64,000 bases of DNA from an uncultured Candidatus Saccharibacteria bacterium (GCA_964429815.1 CAYSCM010000001.1:32001-96000), one strand, 5' to 3'. Counted from the stretch's first letter, positions 26,997-37,374 are shown. Made by a program: numbers and translations. Notes: generated by a model from the sequence alone, not told the origin.

Positions 26997-27907
26997 GATA
27001 GTCTTCGCTTTATCGCGATCCGAAGAGCCTTGAGCGCTTCCCGACCGGAAACGATCGGCCTTGGCCACTCCGAGAACCATTCAGGAAGGATAGGGAACCG
27101 CTTCTCCGCTCTGAGTTGCACGTTATTTGCCTTGATGGCTCCGCCGAGAAGTTCCATGCTCTTCCCCGCTCGGCCGTGCGCATAGAAAAAGGCGCGCATA
27201 TCTTTCGGCAGACAATGCCCGCCGAAGGCTTTGCCATAGCGGAGGTACGGCTTTCGTTCGAACAAAAAATTGACGACGTTCTCTATTTTGGAGAGCTCCT
27301 TTTGGCTGGTCGGGGTTCCCATCGCGTTACCGAATTCATTCACGAATGCGATACGCATGGCATTCCAGACATTCGACAAATATTTTATGTACGATGCTTC
27401 TTCGGGGGTGCCTGCGAAAGATTTCACCGAACGTTTACGCCACTCATCGAGAAAGCTCGGTTTCTTTTTCCCGGTGCGTGCGCCAACGACGAAGTAGTAC
27501 GGATTGAGGCATTCCTCTACCGCCTTCTTTTCGTGCAAAAATTCAGGAACATAGAAATCAAATGCGAGTTTATCCAGTGATTGTGGTATGACGGTAGAGC
27601 GTAGTATGACCGTCCCCTTCGCTCCCTTCAGGGTCTCAAGGGCTTTTTCTATCGGGGAAACATCCTGAATGCCTTCTTCGGATACGCGATCGCCCACACA
27701 GACCACGTACACGGTGTTCGGGCCATCGTGTTCACGTGCGTGCGAGAGAGAAGCGATTTCCGAGCATTCTTTCTGATATTTTGGGACGTATTTGAGCGAA
27801 GTCTCTGCCACGTCATAGCAAAAAACCGGATATCTCATGATCCGCAGCGAGATGGCATTTGCTTGGCCGACCCAACCGTATCCAACGATGACAATCGTCT
27901 CCTTCAT
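26978..27907 (-). CDS. nucleotide-sugar dehydrogenase-like protein (UDP-glucose/GDP-mannose dehydrogenase family), short form
   Basis: N-terminal IVIVGYGWVG NAD motif and catalytic-Cys motif GGHCLPKD at about residue 232. Only about 77 aa follow it. Confidence 0.6.
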   Translation of the reverse strand: MKETIVIVGYGWVGQANAISLRIMRYPVFCYDVAETSLKYVPKYQKECSEIASLSHAREHDGPNTVYVVCVGDRVSEEGIQDVSPIEKALETLKGAKGTVILRSTVIPQSLDKLAFDFYVPEFLHEKKAVEECLNPYYFVVGARTGKKKPSFLDEWRKRSVKSFAGTPEEASYIKYLSNVWNAMRIAFVNEFGNAMGTPTSQKELSKIENVVNFLFERKPYLRYGKAFGGHCLPKDMRAFFYAHGRAGKSMELLGGAIKANNVQLRAEKRFPILPEWFSEWPRPIVSGREALKALRIAIKRRLSWQKEF

Positions 27908-27936
27908 GGCGAAAAACTATAACATAAAAATGGCCT

Positions 27937-29073
27937 TTAGGTAACGGCCCGAAGGGACTCGAGAATGAGGCGCGCCCGCGCTTCCCAGCTGTAGCGTTTC
28001 GCGAGTTCGCGAGCGACCCGACCTCGATCCACAAATTTGCCCCGAAGTCCTTCGAGCACCGTTTTCAAAAGAATTTCCCCATCGCCAGCGGGAACGAATG
28101 CCGCCTCCCGGTCGGAGAGAATTTCCCGCACCGAGGGAAGATCCGTCGTGACAATAGGAATTCCGCTCGCCATGTAGCTGAACATTTTAAGCGGTGACAT
28201 AAACTTGGCGTAGTGTTCCGTGTTTGGATAGTTCATGACGTGCACGTTGGCGGCTCGGAAATAACCGACCATGTCCTTTTGTGATGGAGTAGCATTAATA
28301 TGAAATTGACTATCTCGAAGACCGGCAGAGTGTGCCATATCGATCGCACGAGCCCTATCGACCTGCGACATACCAGCAAGAAGTAAATACGCGTTTGGTT
28401 CCTCATGGAGTAGTTTCGGAAACAGACGTATAAGCTCCTCGACGCCCTTGCCCCTTCCCATGGTGTGGAGTGCCCCTACATACCCGACCACCTTCGCTTC
28501 GGAGGGGATGCCGTTGCCCCGACGCCACACTCCTACATCAAACGGCTCACGGTAGGGTCGCACATCGACTCCATCGTGAGCTACCACGATCTTCCCAGGA
28601 TCCACCCCTTCGCTCTTCAGAAGCTCTGCGTGTGCTCCCGTGATGGCAACAATGAGCCGAGCACGTTGAAATAGAATTCGAGCGAATCGATTCAGTTTTT
28701 TGGTGTGAACTTCCCACACTACCCTCCCCGTTTTTGCGACAAGAGAAAGCGCCACCTCATCACGACCGTAGATGATATCCGCTCTCGAACTGCGAGCGTA
28801 GAGGTACGAAGCGAAAGCAAACGTTACCACCTGTACGAAAAAGCCAGCGCTCCCGAATCGCACGAGGTCGAGCGAGAAAAGCCTTACGATGCGAAACTGC
28901 GTGCGCACATCATAAAACTCAAACGGATCGACAGCAAGCCGACCGAAGCGCCACGGTACTGCGAGAATCACCTCATGGCCTTCACGGGCAAAGGCCTCGC
29001 ACATCTTCACGACCTGGAGGCCATGCGCCTTCTCGGTCGGCAGTCGGATGTTGGCGACGTAGAGGATTTTCAT
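27937..29073 (-). CDS. GT4-family glycosyltransferase
   Basis: ANIRLPTEKAHGLQV at the N-terminus and the typical GT-B C-terminal domain. Confidence 0.8.
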   Translation of the reverse strand: MKILYVANIRLPTEKAHGLQVVKMCEAFAREGHEVILAVPWRFGRLAVDPFEFYDVRTQFRIVRLFSLDLVRFGSAGFFVQVVTFAFASYLYARSSRADIIYGRDEVALSLVAKTGRVVWEVHTKKLNRFARILFQRARLIVAITGAHAELLKSEGVDPGKIVVAHDGVDVRPYREPFDVGVWRRGNGIPSEAKVVGYVGALHTMGRGKGVEELIRLFPKLLHEEPNAYLLLAGMSQVDRARAIDMAHSAGLRDSQFHINATPSQKDMVGYFRAANVHVMNYPNTEHYAKFMSPLKMFSYMASGIPIVTTDLPSVREILSDREAAFVPAGDGEILLKTVLEGLRGKFVDRGRVARELAKRYSWEARARLILESLRAVT

Positions 29074-29876
29074 AGACTCCTGCGACGCTTATAGAGAAAA
29101 TTGAGCCAGCCGAACGCTAGGTTAAATGCGAGCTGCCGTGTCCACGAAAGATTCTCCTTCCAGGACTCATCGAGCTCTATTTTCTCACTCGCTTCCCCCT
29201 TCATACGGTTGCCACTTATTTGATGATGCGGAAAGGCCCGAAAAGAGAGCATGGCGGGTTCGTAGGAGAGGCCGACCGCTTCCAAGATGCGGGCGAGGGA
29301 TTCCTGCGGATGCGCAACAAGCTCCTCATAGCGCAAGAACAGGTAGCGCGCTTTGACCCTCCTGCGCAGAAGCTCGACTTTGGCGTTCATGAAAAACCAG
29401 CGCGAGAGCGAGAACCACACATGGGCTCCATATTTACGCAGATAGGATGAAAATACCCCGCGCCCGTCTCGCACTACGTGCACGATTACGGGGTCGGGGA
29501 GCGCCCGGCACATGAGTTCGGTATAGTCAGCGTTCTTTGATGAGTCGACAACGACCGAGGCCCCCTTGGTAGCGGCAGCCTTGGTATAGATGGTACGGAC
29601 ACGTTCTCGGTACTGCGCGATGTCGACCGCCTTCCCTGTCTTGGCGTAACGATAATTTTTTGAGCCGAATAGAAAACCGCTTTTGCTTCGGGCTACGTCA
29701 AAGAGTTCCCCTTTCGGGAGAATGTCCCGCCAAAAAGGGTCACTGGTGGGGTCCGAATCCTCCGAGACGAGCTCGCCGATGCCGATGACTTTCGAATGTG
29801 AGTCGAGAAGAAGGTCCAGGAGTGTTGAGCCACTGTGCCCACTTCCGAGGATAAAGAGTACTTGGGGGATTCGCAT
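29070..29876 (-). CDS. sulfotransferase family protein
   Basis: LFILGSGHSGSTLL (5'-PSB) and HVVRDGRGVFSS (3'-PB) motifs. Start MRIPQ at 29876. Confidence 0.7.
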   Translation of the reverse strand: MRIPQVLFILGSGHSGSTLLDLLLDSHSKVIGIGELVSEDSDPTSDPFWRDILPKGELFDVARSKSGFLFGSKNYRYAKTGKAVDIAQYRERVRTIYTKAAATKGASVVVDSSKNADYTELMCRALPDPVIVHVVRDGRGVFSSYLRKYGAHVWFSLSRWFFMNAKVELLRRRVKARYLFLRYEELVAHPQESLARILEAVGLSYEPAMLSFRAFPHHQISGNRMKGEASEKIELDESWKENLSWTRQLAFNLAFGWLNFLYKRRRSL

Positions 29877-29974
29877 GAGAGTGAGTGTTACACGTAAACT
29901 AAATCGACATCGGGAAAGTTGCAATGAGGAGCCTGCGTTTTACTTGTGGCGCTGAGGGGATATAATCCTTACCT

Positions 29975-31243
29975 ATGGACGACCGGGAACGTAGGGTGTG
30001 CCGTATATCCGGCGAGCCTCTCACCGAACTTTTCACACTCGGCGAACTTTACATTTCCGATTTCATCCCGCGAGAGGGAAAGCCCCGTATGAAAAACAAG
30101 GTTGAACTTAAGCTTATGCTTGCACCAAAATCCGGTTTGGTACAGCTCGCGCACACCGCCCCTTTCGATGAGATGTACGGCGAGTATTGGTACCGCTCGG
30201 GCACCAATGAGACCATGCGTCGGGAGCTTAAGGACATCGCAGATTCCGCTTCAAGACTTATGCGACTTGCGAAGGGAGACGTGGTAATTGACATCGGCTG
30301 TAATGACGGGACGCTTTTGAGTTTCCTGGGCACCGAGGTCGTCCGCATAGGCTTTGACCCCGCACGCGGAGACTATCCCGAGCTTGCAAAAAAACATGCA
30401 GACCTTGTCGTGACCGACTACTTCACCTGCGCTGCGTTCAAAAAATCGAGCTTTGGCAAGCAAAGGGCTAAGGTTATCACATCGATCGCGATGTTTTATG
30501 ACCTCGAGAAGCCCGATGAGTTCGTTGCGGATATTGCCGAGGCTCTCGACGATGAAGGACTTTGGATAATACAGATGAGCTACACTCCGCTCATGCTCAA
30601 GCAGTTGGCCTTTGACAACATCTGCCACGAGCACCTTGAGTACTATACGCTCCATTCGCTCCAGTACCTCCTCGCGAAGCATGGGCTCAAGGTCGTTGAC
30701 TGTCAGCTCAATGACGTCAATGGAGGGAGTTTCAGGATCTATATCCGCAAGGAGAAAGCTACTCCCGCCACATTTGCGACCGCGCCATACCGTTATGTAG
30801 CGCAATTCCGGGTCGATTCCATACTCGCGTATGAGAAAACCCTCAACCTAACCGACCCGAAGACCTACCTCGACTTTTTCGAACACGCGAAACGATTGAA
30901 AAAAGAAACCGTCGACTTTATCGTATCCGAAAAGAAAAAGGGTAAGAAGATCTGGGCGTATGGGGCCTCCACCAAGGGCAATACACTCCTGCAGTGGTTC
31001 GGTCTCAATGAGACCCACATCGACGGCATAGCGGAGCGCTCTCCGGCAAAGTTCGGGCTCAAGACAGTGGGCAGTAATATCCCAATTTATTCAGAAGAGG
31101 AGATGCGGGCCGCAAAGCCCGATTACCTTTTGGTCCTGCCGTGGCACTTTATCGAAGAGTTCGTGCGGCGAGAACAGGCGTTCCTCAACGGCGGCGGGAA
31201 ATTCATAGTTCCCTGCCCGAAGTTCGAAATAGTTGGCGCCTAG
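29975..31243 (+). CDS. NDP-sugar C-methyltransferase (TylCIII-like: Zn-ribbon, SAM MTase and C-methyltransferase C-terminal domain)
   Basis: N-terminal CRISGEPLTELFTLGELYISDF, then VIDIGCNDGTLL; length 422 aa. Confidence 0.7.
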   Translation: MDDRERRVCRISGEPLTELFTLGELYISDFIPREGKPRMKNKVELKLMLAPKSGLVQLAHTAPFDEMYGEYWYRSGTNETMRRELKDIADSASRLMRLAKGDVVIDIGCNDGTLLSFLGTEVVRIGFDPARGDYPELAKKHADLVVTDYFTCAAFKKSSFGKQRAKVITSIAMFYDLEKPDEFVADIAEALDDEGLWIIQMSYTPLMLKQLAFDNICHEHLEYYTLHSLQYLLAKHGLKVVDCQLNDVNGGSFRIYIRKEKATPATFATAPYRYVAQFRVDSILAYEKTLNLTDPKTYLDFFEHAKRLKKETVDFIVSEKKKGKKIWAYGASTKGNTLLQWFGLNETHIDGIAERSPAKFGLKTVGSNIPIYSEEEMRAAKPDYLLVLPWHFIEEFVRREQAFLNGGGKFIVPCPKFEIVGA

Positions 31244-31246
31244 TCG

Positions 31247-32251
31247 TTATTCCCTCCTCTGAGCCGCCTCTACCATTTCTTCGACTAGTTCCTTGAAGGA
31301 AATCTTTGGCTCCCATTCGAGCTCCTCAGCAATTTTTGCGTTGTCTCCACGGCGCGGATACATTTCCGCAGGGCGATAGAACTCGCTCGCCACGCGCACA
31401 CGCACAGTACCGGACGGGTCCACTCCGACCTCATATTGCCCTTCCGCTTTCCACGCGATATCCATACCAAGACGTTTCGCAGCTATTTCGATAAACTCCC
31501 GTACGGTATGGGCCCTGCCAGAGGCTATGACGTAGGACTCCGCCCTATCGTGCTGCAGGGTCTTCCAAACGGCTTGGACGACGTCTCTGGCGTGTGACCA
31601 ATCGCGCCTCACATCGAGATTCCCTATCCGCAACTCCTGCTCTTTCCCCAGAGAAATGCGCGCGAGCGTCGTCGCTATTTTTTGGGTCACGAATTCCCTT
31701 CCACGACGAGGACTCTCGTGATTAAAAAGAATTCCAGACACGGAAAAAATATGGTGGTCACGCCGATATGCCTCGATAAGGTTATGCGCAGCTGTTTTTC
31801 CGACGCCGTAGGGGTTGCAGGGCCGAAAGGGCGTATTCTCATTTTGCGGGCTTTCTGACGCTTCGCCGTACATTTCTGCCGATGATGCTTGGAACAGTCT
31901 CGATCCAGGCAAAAATTCTCGCATCGCCTCGAGGATAGTGAGGGGAACGAACGCAGTGCTCTCAAGGGTTTTGCGCGGGTTCTCCCAGGGGTTTGCCACC
32001 GTGCTCACCGAGGCAAGATTATATATTTCATCGGGACAGACGACTTTGAGCTGTTCGCGTAAAAAGTGAGAGTCGGTCACATCCCCTGCGGAGAGCGCGA
32101 CCCCGGTAACGTCTTTAAGATTTTCCTTCGTCGAACCTGCGCGTTCAATGCCGAACACCCGATATCCCTTTTGAAGCAAAAGTTCGGCCAAGTAGGAACC
32201 GTCTTGGCCGCCGATCCCCGTGATAAGGGCTGTTGTTGCCTTCTCTCTCAT
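31247..32251 (-). CDS. GDP-mannose 4,6-dehydratase paralogue (divergent catalytic motifs)
   Basis: ALITGIGGQDGSYLAELLL and GILFNHESPRRG motifs, but SSAEMYG and NPYGVGK replace the canonical TSE and Y-AxAK contexts. Confidence 0.7.
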   Translation of the reverse strand: MREKATTALITGIGGQDGSYLAELLLQKGYRVFGIERAGSTKENLKDVTGVALSAGDVTDSHFLREQLKVVCPDEIYNLASVSTVANPWENPRKTLESTAFVPLTILEAMREFLPGSRLFQASSAEMYGEASESPQNENTPFRPCNPYGVGKTAAHNLIEAYRRDHHIFSVSGILFNHESPRRGREFVTQKIATTLARISLGKEQELRIGNLDVRRDWSHARDVVQAVWKTLQHDRAESYVIASGRAHTVREFIEIAAKRLGMDIAWKAEGQYEVGVDPSGTVRVRVASEFYRPAEMYPRRGDNAKIAEELEWEPKISFKELVEEMVEAAQRRE

Positions 32252-33283
32252 CTATTCATCTCCCCCCTTCTTATGGCCCGCGATAAGTCGTAGGTCCGAT
32301 TCAACCATCATCTCTACGAGATCTTGAAACGATACCTTCGGCTTCCACCCCAATTCCCGCAGGGCTTTGGTGGAATCGCCCTCAAGAGCCTCAACCTCCT
32401 GTGGTCGGAAGAAGCGCGAATTGACTTCGATGATACATTTTCCGTGCTGATCGTATCCCTTTTCTTCGAGTCCCTTCCCCCTCCACGTAATGTCGATCCC
32501 AAGCGCATGACACACCGCTGCGACAAGATCTCTCACGGTGTGGGACTTTCCTGTGGCGATAACATAATTCGAGGGTCGCGCAGGCTGGAGCATCATCCAC
32601 ATCGCCTCGACGTAATCTCCCGCAAAGCCCCAATCGCGTTTGGCCCCAAGGTTCCCTAGCCTTACTTTTTCCTGAAGTCCAAGTTTGATTTTCACCAATG
32701 AGTGGGTAAGTTTGCGTGTCACGAAGTGCTTGCCGCGGCGAGGACTTTCATGGTTGAACAATATTCCGGAGACAGCGTACTTACCTTCTTTTTGCCAGGC
32801 ACTCACAAGCTCATGTGAATGCAGTTTCGAGACCGCATACGGGCTTACTGGCTGAAATGGGCTCGCCTCGCTCTGCGGTGGCGGGGTGCTGCCGAACATT
32901 TCGCTAGTCGAAGCCTGATACACTTTCACTTTCGGGTTGCGACGGAATGCTTCAGTGCCAAGGCGTTCGAGGCCTTTGAAGTTTATATCGTCGGTCTCAT
33001 CGGGACAGAGAAACGAAACACCGACATGCGATTGTGCCGCAAGATTGTAGATCTCATCAGGTTTGGCTTCCTCAAGCGCTCGCACGATGGTCGGCATGTC
33101 GCGCATATTCCCATACATGAGATCGATCTCACCCTTGATATAGAGATCCTCTATCCGCACGAAAGGGTCCGTGCTGGTGCGGCGCATAAATCCGAATACT
33201 CGGTACCCTTTTCGTATCAGAAGCTCAGCCAGGTAGGAACCGTCCTGCCCCGTGATGCCTGTTATAAGAGCCCGTTTTTGCAT
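32252..33283 (-). CDS. gmd: GDP-mannose 4,6-dehydratase
   Basis: ALITGITGQDGSYLAELLI, QASTSEMFG, SPYAVSKL and GILFNHESPRRG motifs. Confidence 0.85.
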   Translation of the reverse strand: MQKRALITGITGQDGSYLAELLIRKGYRVFGFMRRTSTDPFVRIEDLYIKGEIDLMYGNMRDMPTIVRALEEAKPDEIYNLAAQSHVGVSFLCPDETDDINFKGLERLGTEAFRRNPKVKVYQASTSEMFGSTPPPQSEASPFQPVSPYAVSKLHSHELVSAWQKEGKYAVSGILFNHESPRRGKHFVTRKLTHSLVKIKLGLQEKVRLGNLGAKRDWGFAGDYVEAMWMMLQPARPSNYVIATGKSHTVRDLVAAVCHALGIDITWRGKGLEEKGYDQHGKCIIEVNSRFFRPQEVEALEGDSTKALRELGWKPKVSFQDLVEMMVESDLRLIAGHKKGGDE

Positions 33284-33291
33284 AGGGAAAA

Positions 33292-34515
33292 CTATACACT
33301 AGCGAGCGCCTCCCTGATAACTTCCTCCACCCGTTCACGGGAAAACAAGCTCTGCGAACACGCAACCGCCGCACGGGACATGGCCGCACGGACGGCGACA
33401 TTGCGTAGCGTTGAAAGCGCGGAGAGATACTCCTTAGCCGTCTCGGCATAGAACACTTCCTTCCCGTTTTCGAAGGGATAACCGACCGTACTGTACTTGG
33501 ACGTTATGAGCGGGACGCCACGCACCAGGGGTTCGAACACTTTTCCCTGCATGCCGACGCGCTTCGGGGATGGGACTAGGGCGATATCCATCGAACGCAC
33601 GTAGGTCGGAAATTCTTCGGAGGGGATGAAGCCGTCGTGGATGATCGTTTTTCCGTCGATATATTTCCGAAAATAATCGGGGAGTCGTGTGCCGGAGATA
33701 TGGAGCTCGTAGGCACCTGGAGAAGATCTTGCAAGTTCTGGCATGATGCGCCCCAGAATGAACTGAAGTGCCTTGCGGTTGTGGGATATGGCGTAGGAAG
33801 ATCCCAAAAAGAGCACCCGCAGCGGTTTCATCTCGCGAATAGGGTGAGATTCCCCTATGAGAGCGGGAAGCCATCGAAGCGGCAGCACTTCGACTTTCCG
33901 TGCTCCTAGACGCGCGTAGGCGGCTGCGTCGTTGGGATTGAGCGCTAGGATAAGTGTACTTTTTTTAGAGACCAGCCACTCGCTCATGAGTTTTATGAGA
34001 TAGCGTGGAATAGTTAGAAGCGAACGTTCGTGTTCCTCGAGGAAATGACGTGCTTCGAAATTTATCGATCGCGTTATTATCGGGATTCCGCGCGAACGAA
34101 CTTCTCCATAGAGTGGCCACAGATAGGTGTAGTCGAACCAAACAACGTCCGGCTGAAATGTGTTGAGTTCTTCCGCCAGTACCCTCCTCGTCAGCGGGTC
34201 ACTATACTCAAACGCCGCCCCGTCCCAAAGCCGCGGATCGATGAGACGCCGCAGGAAGCGCCCGAGACGCTCCTGGGTCGACCTCTCTCGGGCGAACGAG
34301 TAGGTGACTGGCCGTATTGGAATTCCCCACGTCCTCTGCGCTTCCTCCACCGCGCTCCTATCCGAAGGGACGACCATGACGATGACCCGCACCCTGCAGC
34401 CAAGCTTTTGGAGAAGCTTGATGCCCATGCCCCGATCAAGTTCATCGGCTCCCTGCATGGAAAAGGGGGTGCGAGGCGTTACCACCAGCACTTTCTTGCC
34501 GCGGATCCCTTCCAT
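33292..34515 (-). CDS. GT4-like glycosyltransferase
   Basis: GT-B layout with C-terminal MQGKVFEPLVRGVPLITS. Confidence 0.65.
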   Translation of the reverse strand: MEGIRGKKVLVVTPRTPFSMQGADELDRGMGIKLLQKLGCRVRVIVMVVPSDRSAVEEAQRTWGIPIRPVTYSFARERSTQERLGRFLRRLIDPRLWDGAAFEYSDPLTRRVLAEELNTFQPDVVWFDYTYLWPLYGEVRSRGIPIITRSINFEARHFLEEHERSLLTIPRYLIKLMSEWLVSKKSTLILALNPNDAAAYARLGARKVEVLPLRWLPALIGESHPIREMKPLRVLFLGSSYAISHNRKALQFILGRIMPELARSSPGAYELHISGTRLPDYFRKYIDGKTIIHDGFIPSEEFPTYVRSMDIALVPSPKRVGMQGKVFEPLVRGVPLITSKYSTVGYPFENGKEVFYAETAKEYLSALSTLRNVAVRAAMSRAAVACSQSLFSRERVEEVIREALASV

Positions 34516-34516
34516 G

Positions 34517-36331
34517 TTAGGTTTTTATGGAAAATGCTTTCGCCCACAGCTGGAACACCAGGAGACTCCACAGGCTTTGGAGATGATATCCGCCTTGCTG
34601 GTGGTCCTTGCGAAGCCGTTCTATCTCATGCCAGTTAAAAAGGCTTTTTGTTTCGACGTAAAATGATGGAGAAAGTACCTCCCTGGCAAATGCTGCGACG
34701 TCGGGACGACGCAGCCACTTTGCGGCTGGAGAAAACCACCCCCTTTTTTCCTGGCTGAGGAGAAACTCCGGCACATGACCGCGGAGCGCCTCTTTGTAGA
34801 GTATTTTTTTATCAAACGACGAAATGAGATCGCTCTGGGATAATCGATCCGCGAAGGAAAGAAGCTCCAGGTCGAGGAGCGGCACGCGCACCTCAAGCCC
34901 CGCGGCCATCCCCATCTTATCGGTACGCAGTAGCGCCTCATCGACAAGCCAATTCTTTCTGTCGACGGCCATGAACTGTTTTTCAAATGACTTCTCTACC
35001 GTCGGGAATCTGTTGCTCAGATATTCGAGGACGGGCTCACTATTGTTGTCACCTTTTTCAAGAATCGCTTGCACAGTATCCTCCGTTTGCAACATGAACC
35101 ACGCGAAACGCTCTCCTCCCTCTTCTGTCGACAGGGGTTTTAGTTTTTTATTGAGCAACCCGAGCTTTGAAAATAGCGGAATGCGACGAAGTAAACTTAG
35201 CTGATGTGATTTGCGATAACGCTCATATCCACCAAAGAGTTCATCGCCCCCGTCACCTGCGAGAGCTACTGCAACCTGCGGTTTTGTGAATTCCGCAAGT
35301 TTGAGCATAGAAAGCGACGTCGGATTCCAGTTTGGATCATCGAGATGCCAAACCGCCTTTTCGAGATAGGGGATAACCTCTGTGGCGGAAAAGAGGACAC
35401 TATGATGTTCAACACCAAACTGTGCCGCAGCGCGCTTGGCAAGTTCAAGATCTGCATTGAATTTTTCTTTTTGCTCTCCCTCCTCAAGTTCAAACCCTAC
35501 GCTAAACGTTTTCAGTTTGTGTCCCGTCTCAAAGAGAGCTGCCAGGATAGCATTTGAATCTAGGCCTCCCGAAAGATAGAGCCCTACTGGGCGATCAGAA
35601 ACAAGTTGGCGACTTACGCCCCCCTTCAACACTTCCCATAGCTTGTGCGCGCGGTCTGTTCGGTCCGCTGGCAGGAAAATCTCTCTCTCATACGCTTGGT
35701 ATGTGCTAAGTGATATTTCGCCACGACGGTACTTGAGCACCTGACCTGGTTGAATACGAGATATGCTCTCAAACATTGTCGTGGGTCCTGGCGTATAGAG
35801 AAATCGGAAATAGAGATTGAGCGAATCGCGATTAAGTTTTCGAGTAATTCCCGTTTCGAGGAGCGCCTTGATCTCCGAAGAAAAAAAGAGCTCGTTATCC
35901 TTTTCTAGATAGTAAAGAGGCTTGATGCCGACCGGGTCGCGCACGAGATAGAGAGTTTCTTCTCTCTCGTCCCAGAGCGCAAAAGCAAACATGCCATTGA
36001 AACGTGAGAGGCAGTCAACTCCCCATCTCTCCCACGCCGCCAAGATAACTTCGGTATCGCTCTCGCTCCGAAAGGGGTAGGCCGGCAATTCTTTCTTGAT
36101 ATCGCGGTAGTTGTAGAGTTCTCCGTTGTAGGTAATGGTGAATCGCCCGTCGTGGCTTGCCATCGGCTGTTTGCCACCCTCGGAGAGGTCAATGATAGCG
36201 AGGCGATTGTGCCCCAAGGTTACTTTCCCAGCCCAAAGCCCCGTGCCGTCGGGGCCCCGGTGGTTGGTTTCTTTATTCATCCGCTCAACAAGAGCGGAGT
36301 GACTTCCCGTACATCCGTTAATGCCGCACAT
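34517..36331 (-). CDS. asnB: asparagine synthase (glutamine-hydrolysing) family amidotransferase
   Basis: MCGI N-terminal nucleophile Cys and the SGGLDS PP-loop motif. Confidence 0.85.
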   Translation of the reverse strand: MCGINGCTGSHSALVERMNKETNHRGPDGTGLWAGKVTLGHNRLAIIDLSEGGKQPMASHDGRFTITYNGELYNYRDIKKELPAYPFRSESDTEVILAAWERWGVDCLSRFNGMFAFALWDEREETLYLVRDPVGIKPLYYLEKDNELFFSSEIKALLETGITRKLNRDSLNLYFRFLYTPGPTTMFESISRIQPGQVLKYRRGEISLSTYQAYEREIFLPADRTDRAHKLWEVLKGGVSRQLVSDRPVGLYLSGGLDSNAILAALFETGHKLKTFSVGFELEEGEQKEKFNADLELAKRAAAQFGVEHHSVLFSATEVIPYLEKAVWHLDDPNWNPTSLSMLKLAEFTKPQVAVALAGDGGDELFGGYERYRKSHQLSLLRRIPLFSKLGLLNKKLKPLSTEEGGERFAWFMLQTEDTVQAILEKGDNNSEPVLEYLSNRFPTVEKSFEKQFMAVDRKNWLVDEALLRTDKMGMAAGLEVRVPLLDLELLSFADRLSQSDLISSFDKKILYKEALRGHVPEFLLSQEKRGWFSPAAKWLRRPDVAAFAREVLSPSFYVETKSLFNWHEIERLRKDHQQGGYHLQSLWSLLVFQLWAKAFSIKT

Positions 36332-37373
36332 GTTCGATAAGTATAGTCGAAATCGTTTTTACGATGGCTTTGGTGCTGAAGCGCTCTCCCGCCACACGCG
36401 AGAGGTACGCTCCGATCTGGGGGCGGTCGACCGACTCGACGAGCGCACGTATTCGCTCCGCGAGCGCTATGGGGTCGCGTTCGGGAAAGGTGAGACGCGA
36501 GGCGTACTGCCCAAAGTATCCGCTAAACGCGACATTGCTCACGATGGGAGGTGTTCCCGCGGCCATGGATTCGATGACGGCTTTATCGAGGCCGCCGGGC
36601 GGGGTCATATTGACGGAAACGCTCGCCCGACAGTACCACACGGGAAGTCCCTCGTTGGGAATGGAGCCTATAAAACGGACGGTCTTCCCTAGTCCGCGTT
36701 CTTCGACGAGCCTGAGAAGCTTTTTTTCATATGCGCGATCGCTTTCGTGGACCGGAGCTCCAATGAACGTGACGCTGAACCTCTCCTTCCAGTGACGCTT
36801 TAAGATCTCTGCCGCCTCGATGAGCGTATCGCAGTTCTTGATGGGCGTGATACGCCCGACGCTTATGACGGCACGCTCCTCACGCGCAGAGCTCTCGCAG
36901 GCAAAGCGCCCCACCTCGATGCCATGCCCGAGAATGTGAAGTTTCCGCGACGGCAACCGAAAGCTGTAGCGCGATGCGGTTAAGACCGCGTGGCTGAAAA
37001 GATGCGCTACGTAGAGCTTGAGGTTCACCTGCCGATGCGTATACCATAATCCGACCCGCTTTCCCATAAGGCGCCAGGGTATGCCGCCCAAGACGACATA
37101 CTCGGGATTCATGTGAACGAGTACGACGTCGTACGGACGACGGATGGAAAAAATATATTGATAGAAACGCCACAGGTACGTGAGCCTCCCGGCACCTTCC
37201 TCCTTCCCCAGCGAGCGCACATGGACGTTCTCGGGTAGTGTAGCTCCTCCGCGTTCAAGACAGATGACCTCGACGGCCGTAAAGTGCCGTGCGAATTCCT
37301 GCAACCACGATATGACGTACGCTAGAAGATCGTCGTCTTCGTCAATTTTCTGGGTAATAAAGAGGAGTCGCAT
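36318..37373 (-). CDS. GT4-family glycosyltransferase
   Basis: GT-B C-terminal domain GGLDKAVIESMAAGTPPIVSN. Confidence 0.75.
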   Translation of the reverse strand: MRLLFITQKIDEDDDLLAYVISWLQEFARHFTAVEVICLERGGATLPENVHVRSLGKEEGAGRLTYLWRFYQYIFSIRRPYDVVLVHMNPEYVVLGGIPWRLMGKRVGLWYTHRQVNLKLYVAHLFSHAVLTASRYSFRLPSRKLHILGHGIEVGRFACESSAREERAVISVGRITPIKNCDTLIEAAEILKRHWKERFSVTFIGAPVHESDRAYEKKLLRLVEERGLGKTVRFIGSIPNEGLPVWYCRASVSVNMTPPGGLDKAVIESMAAGTPPIVSNVAFSGYFGQYASRLTFPERDPIALAERIRALVESVDRPQIGAYLSRVAGERFSTKAIVKTISTILIEHVRH

Positions 37374-37374
37374 G

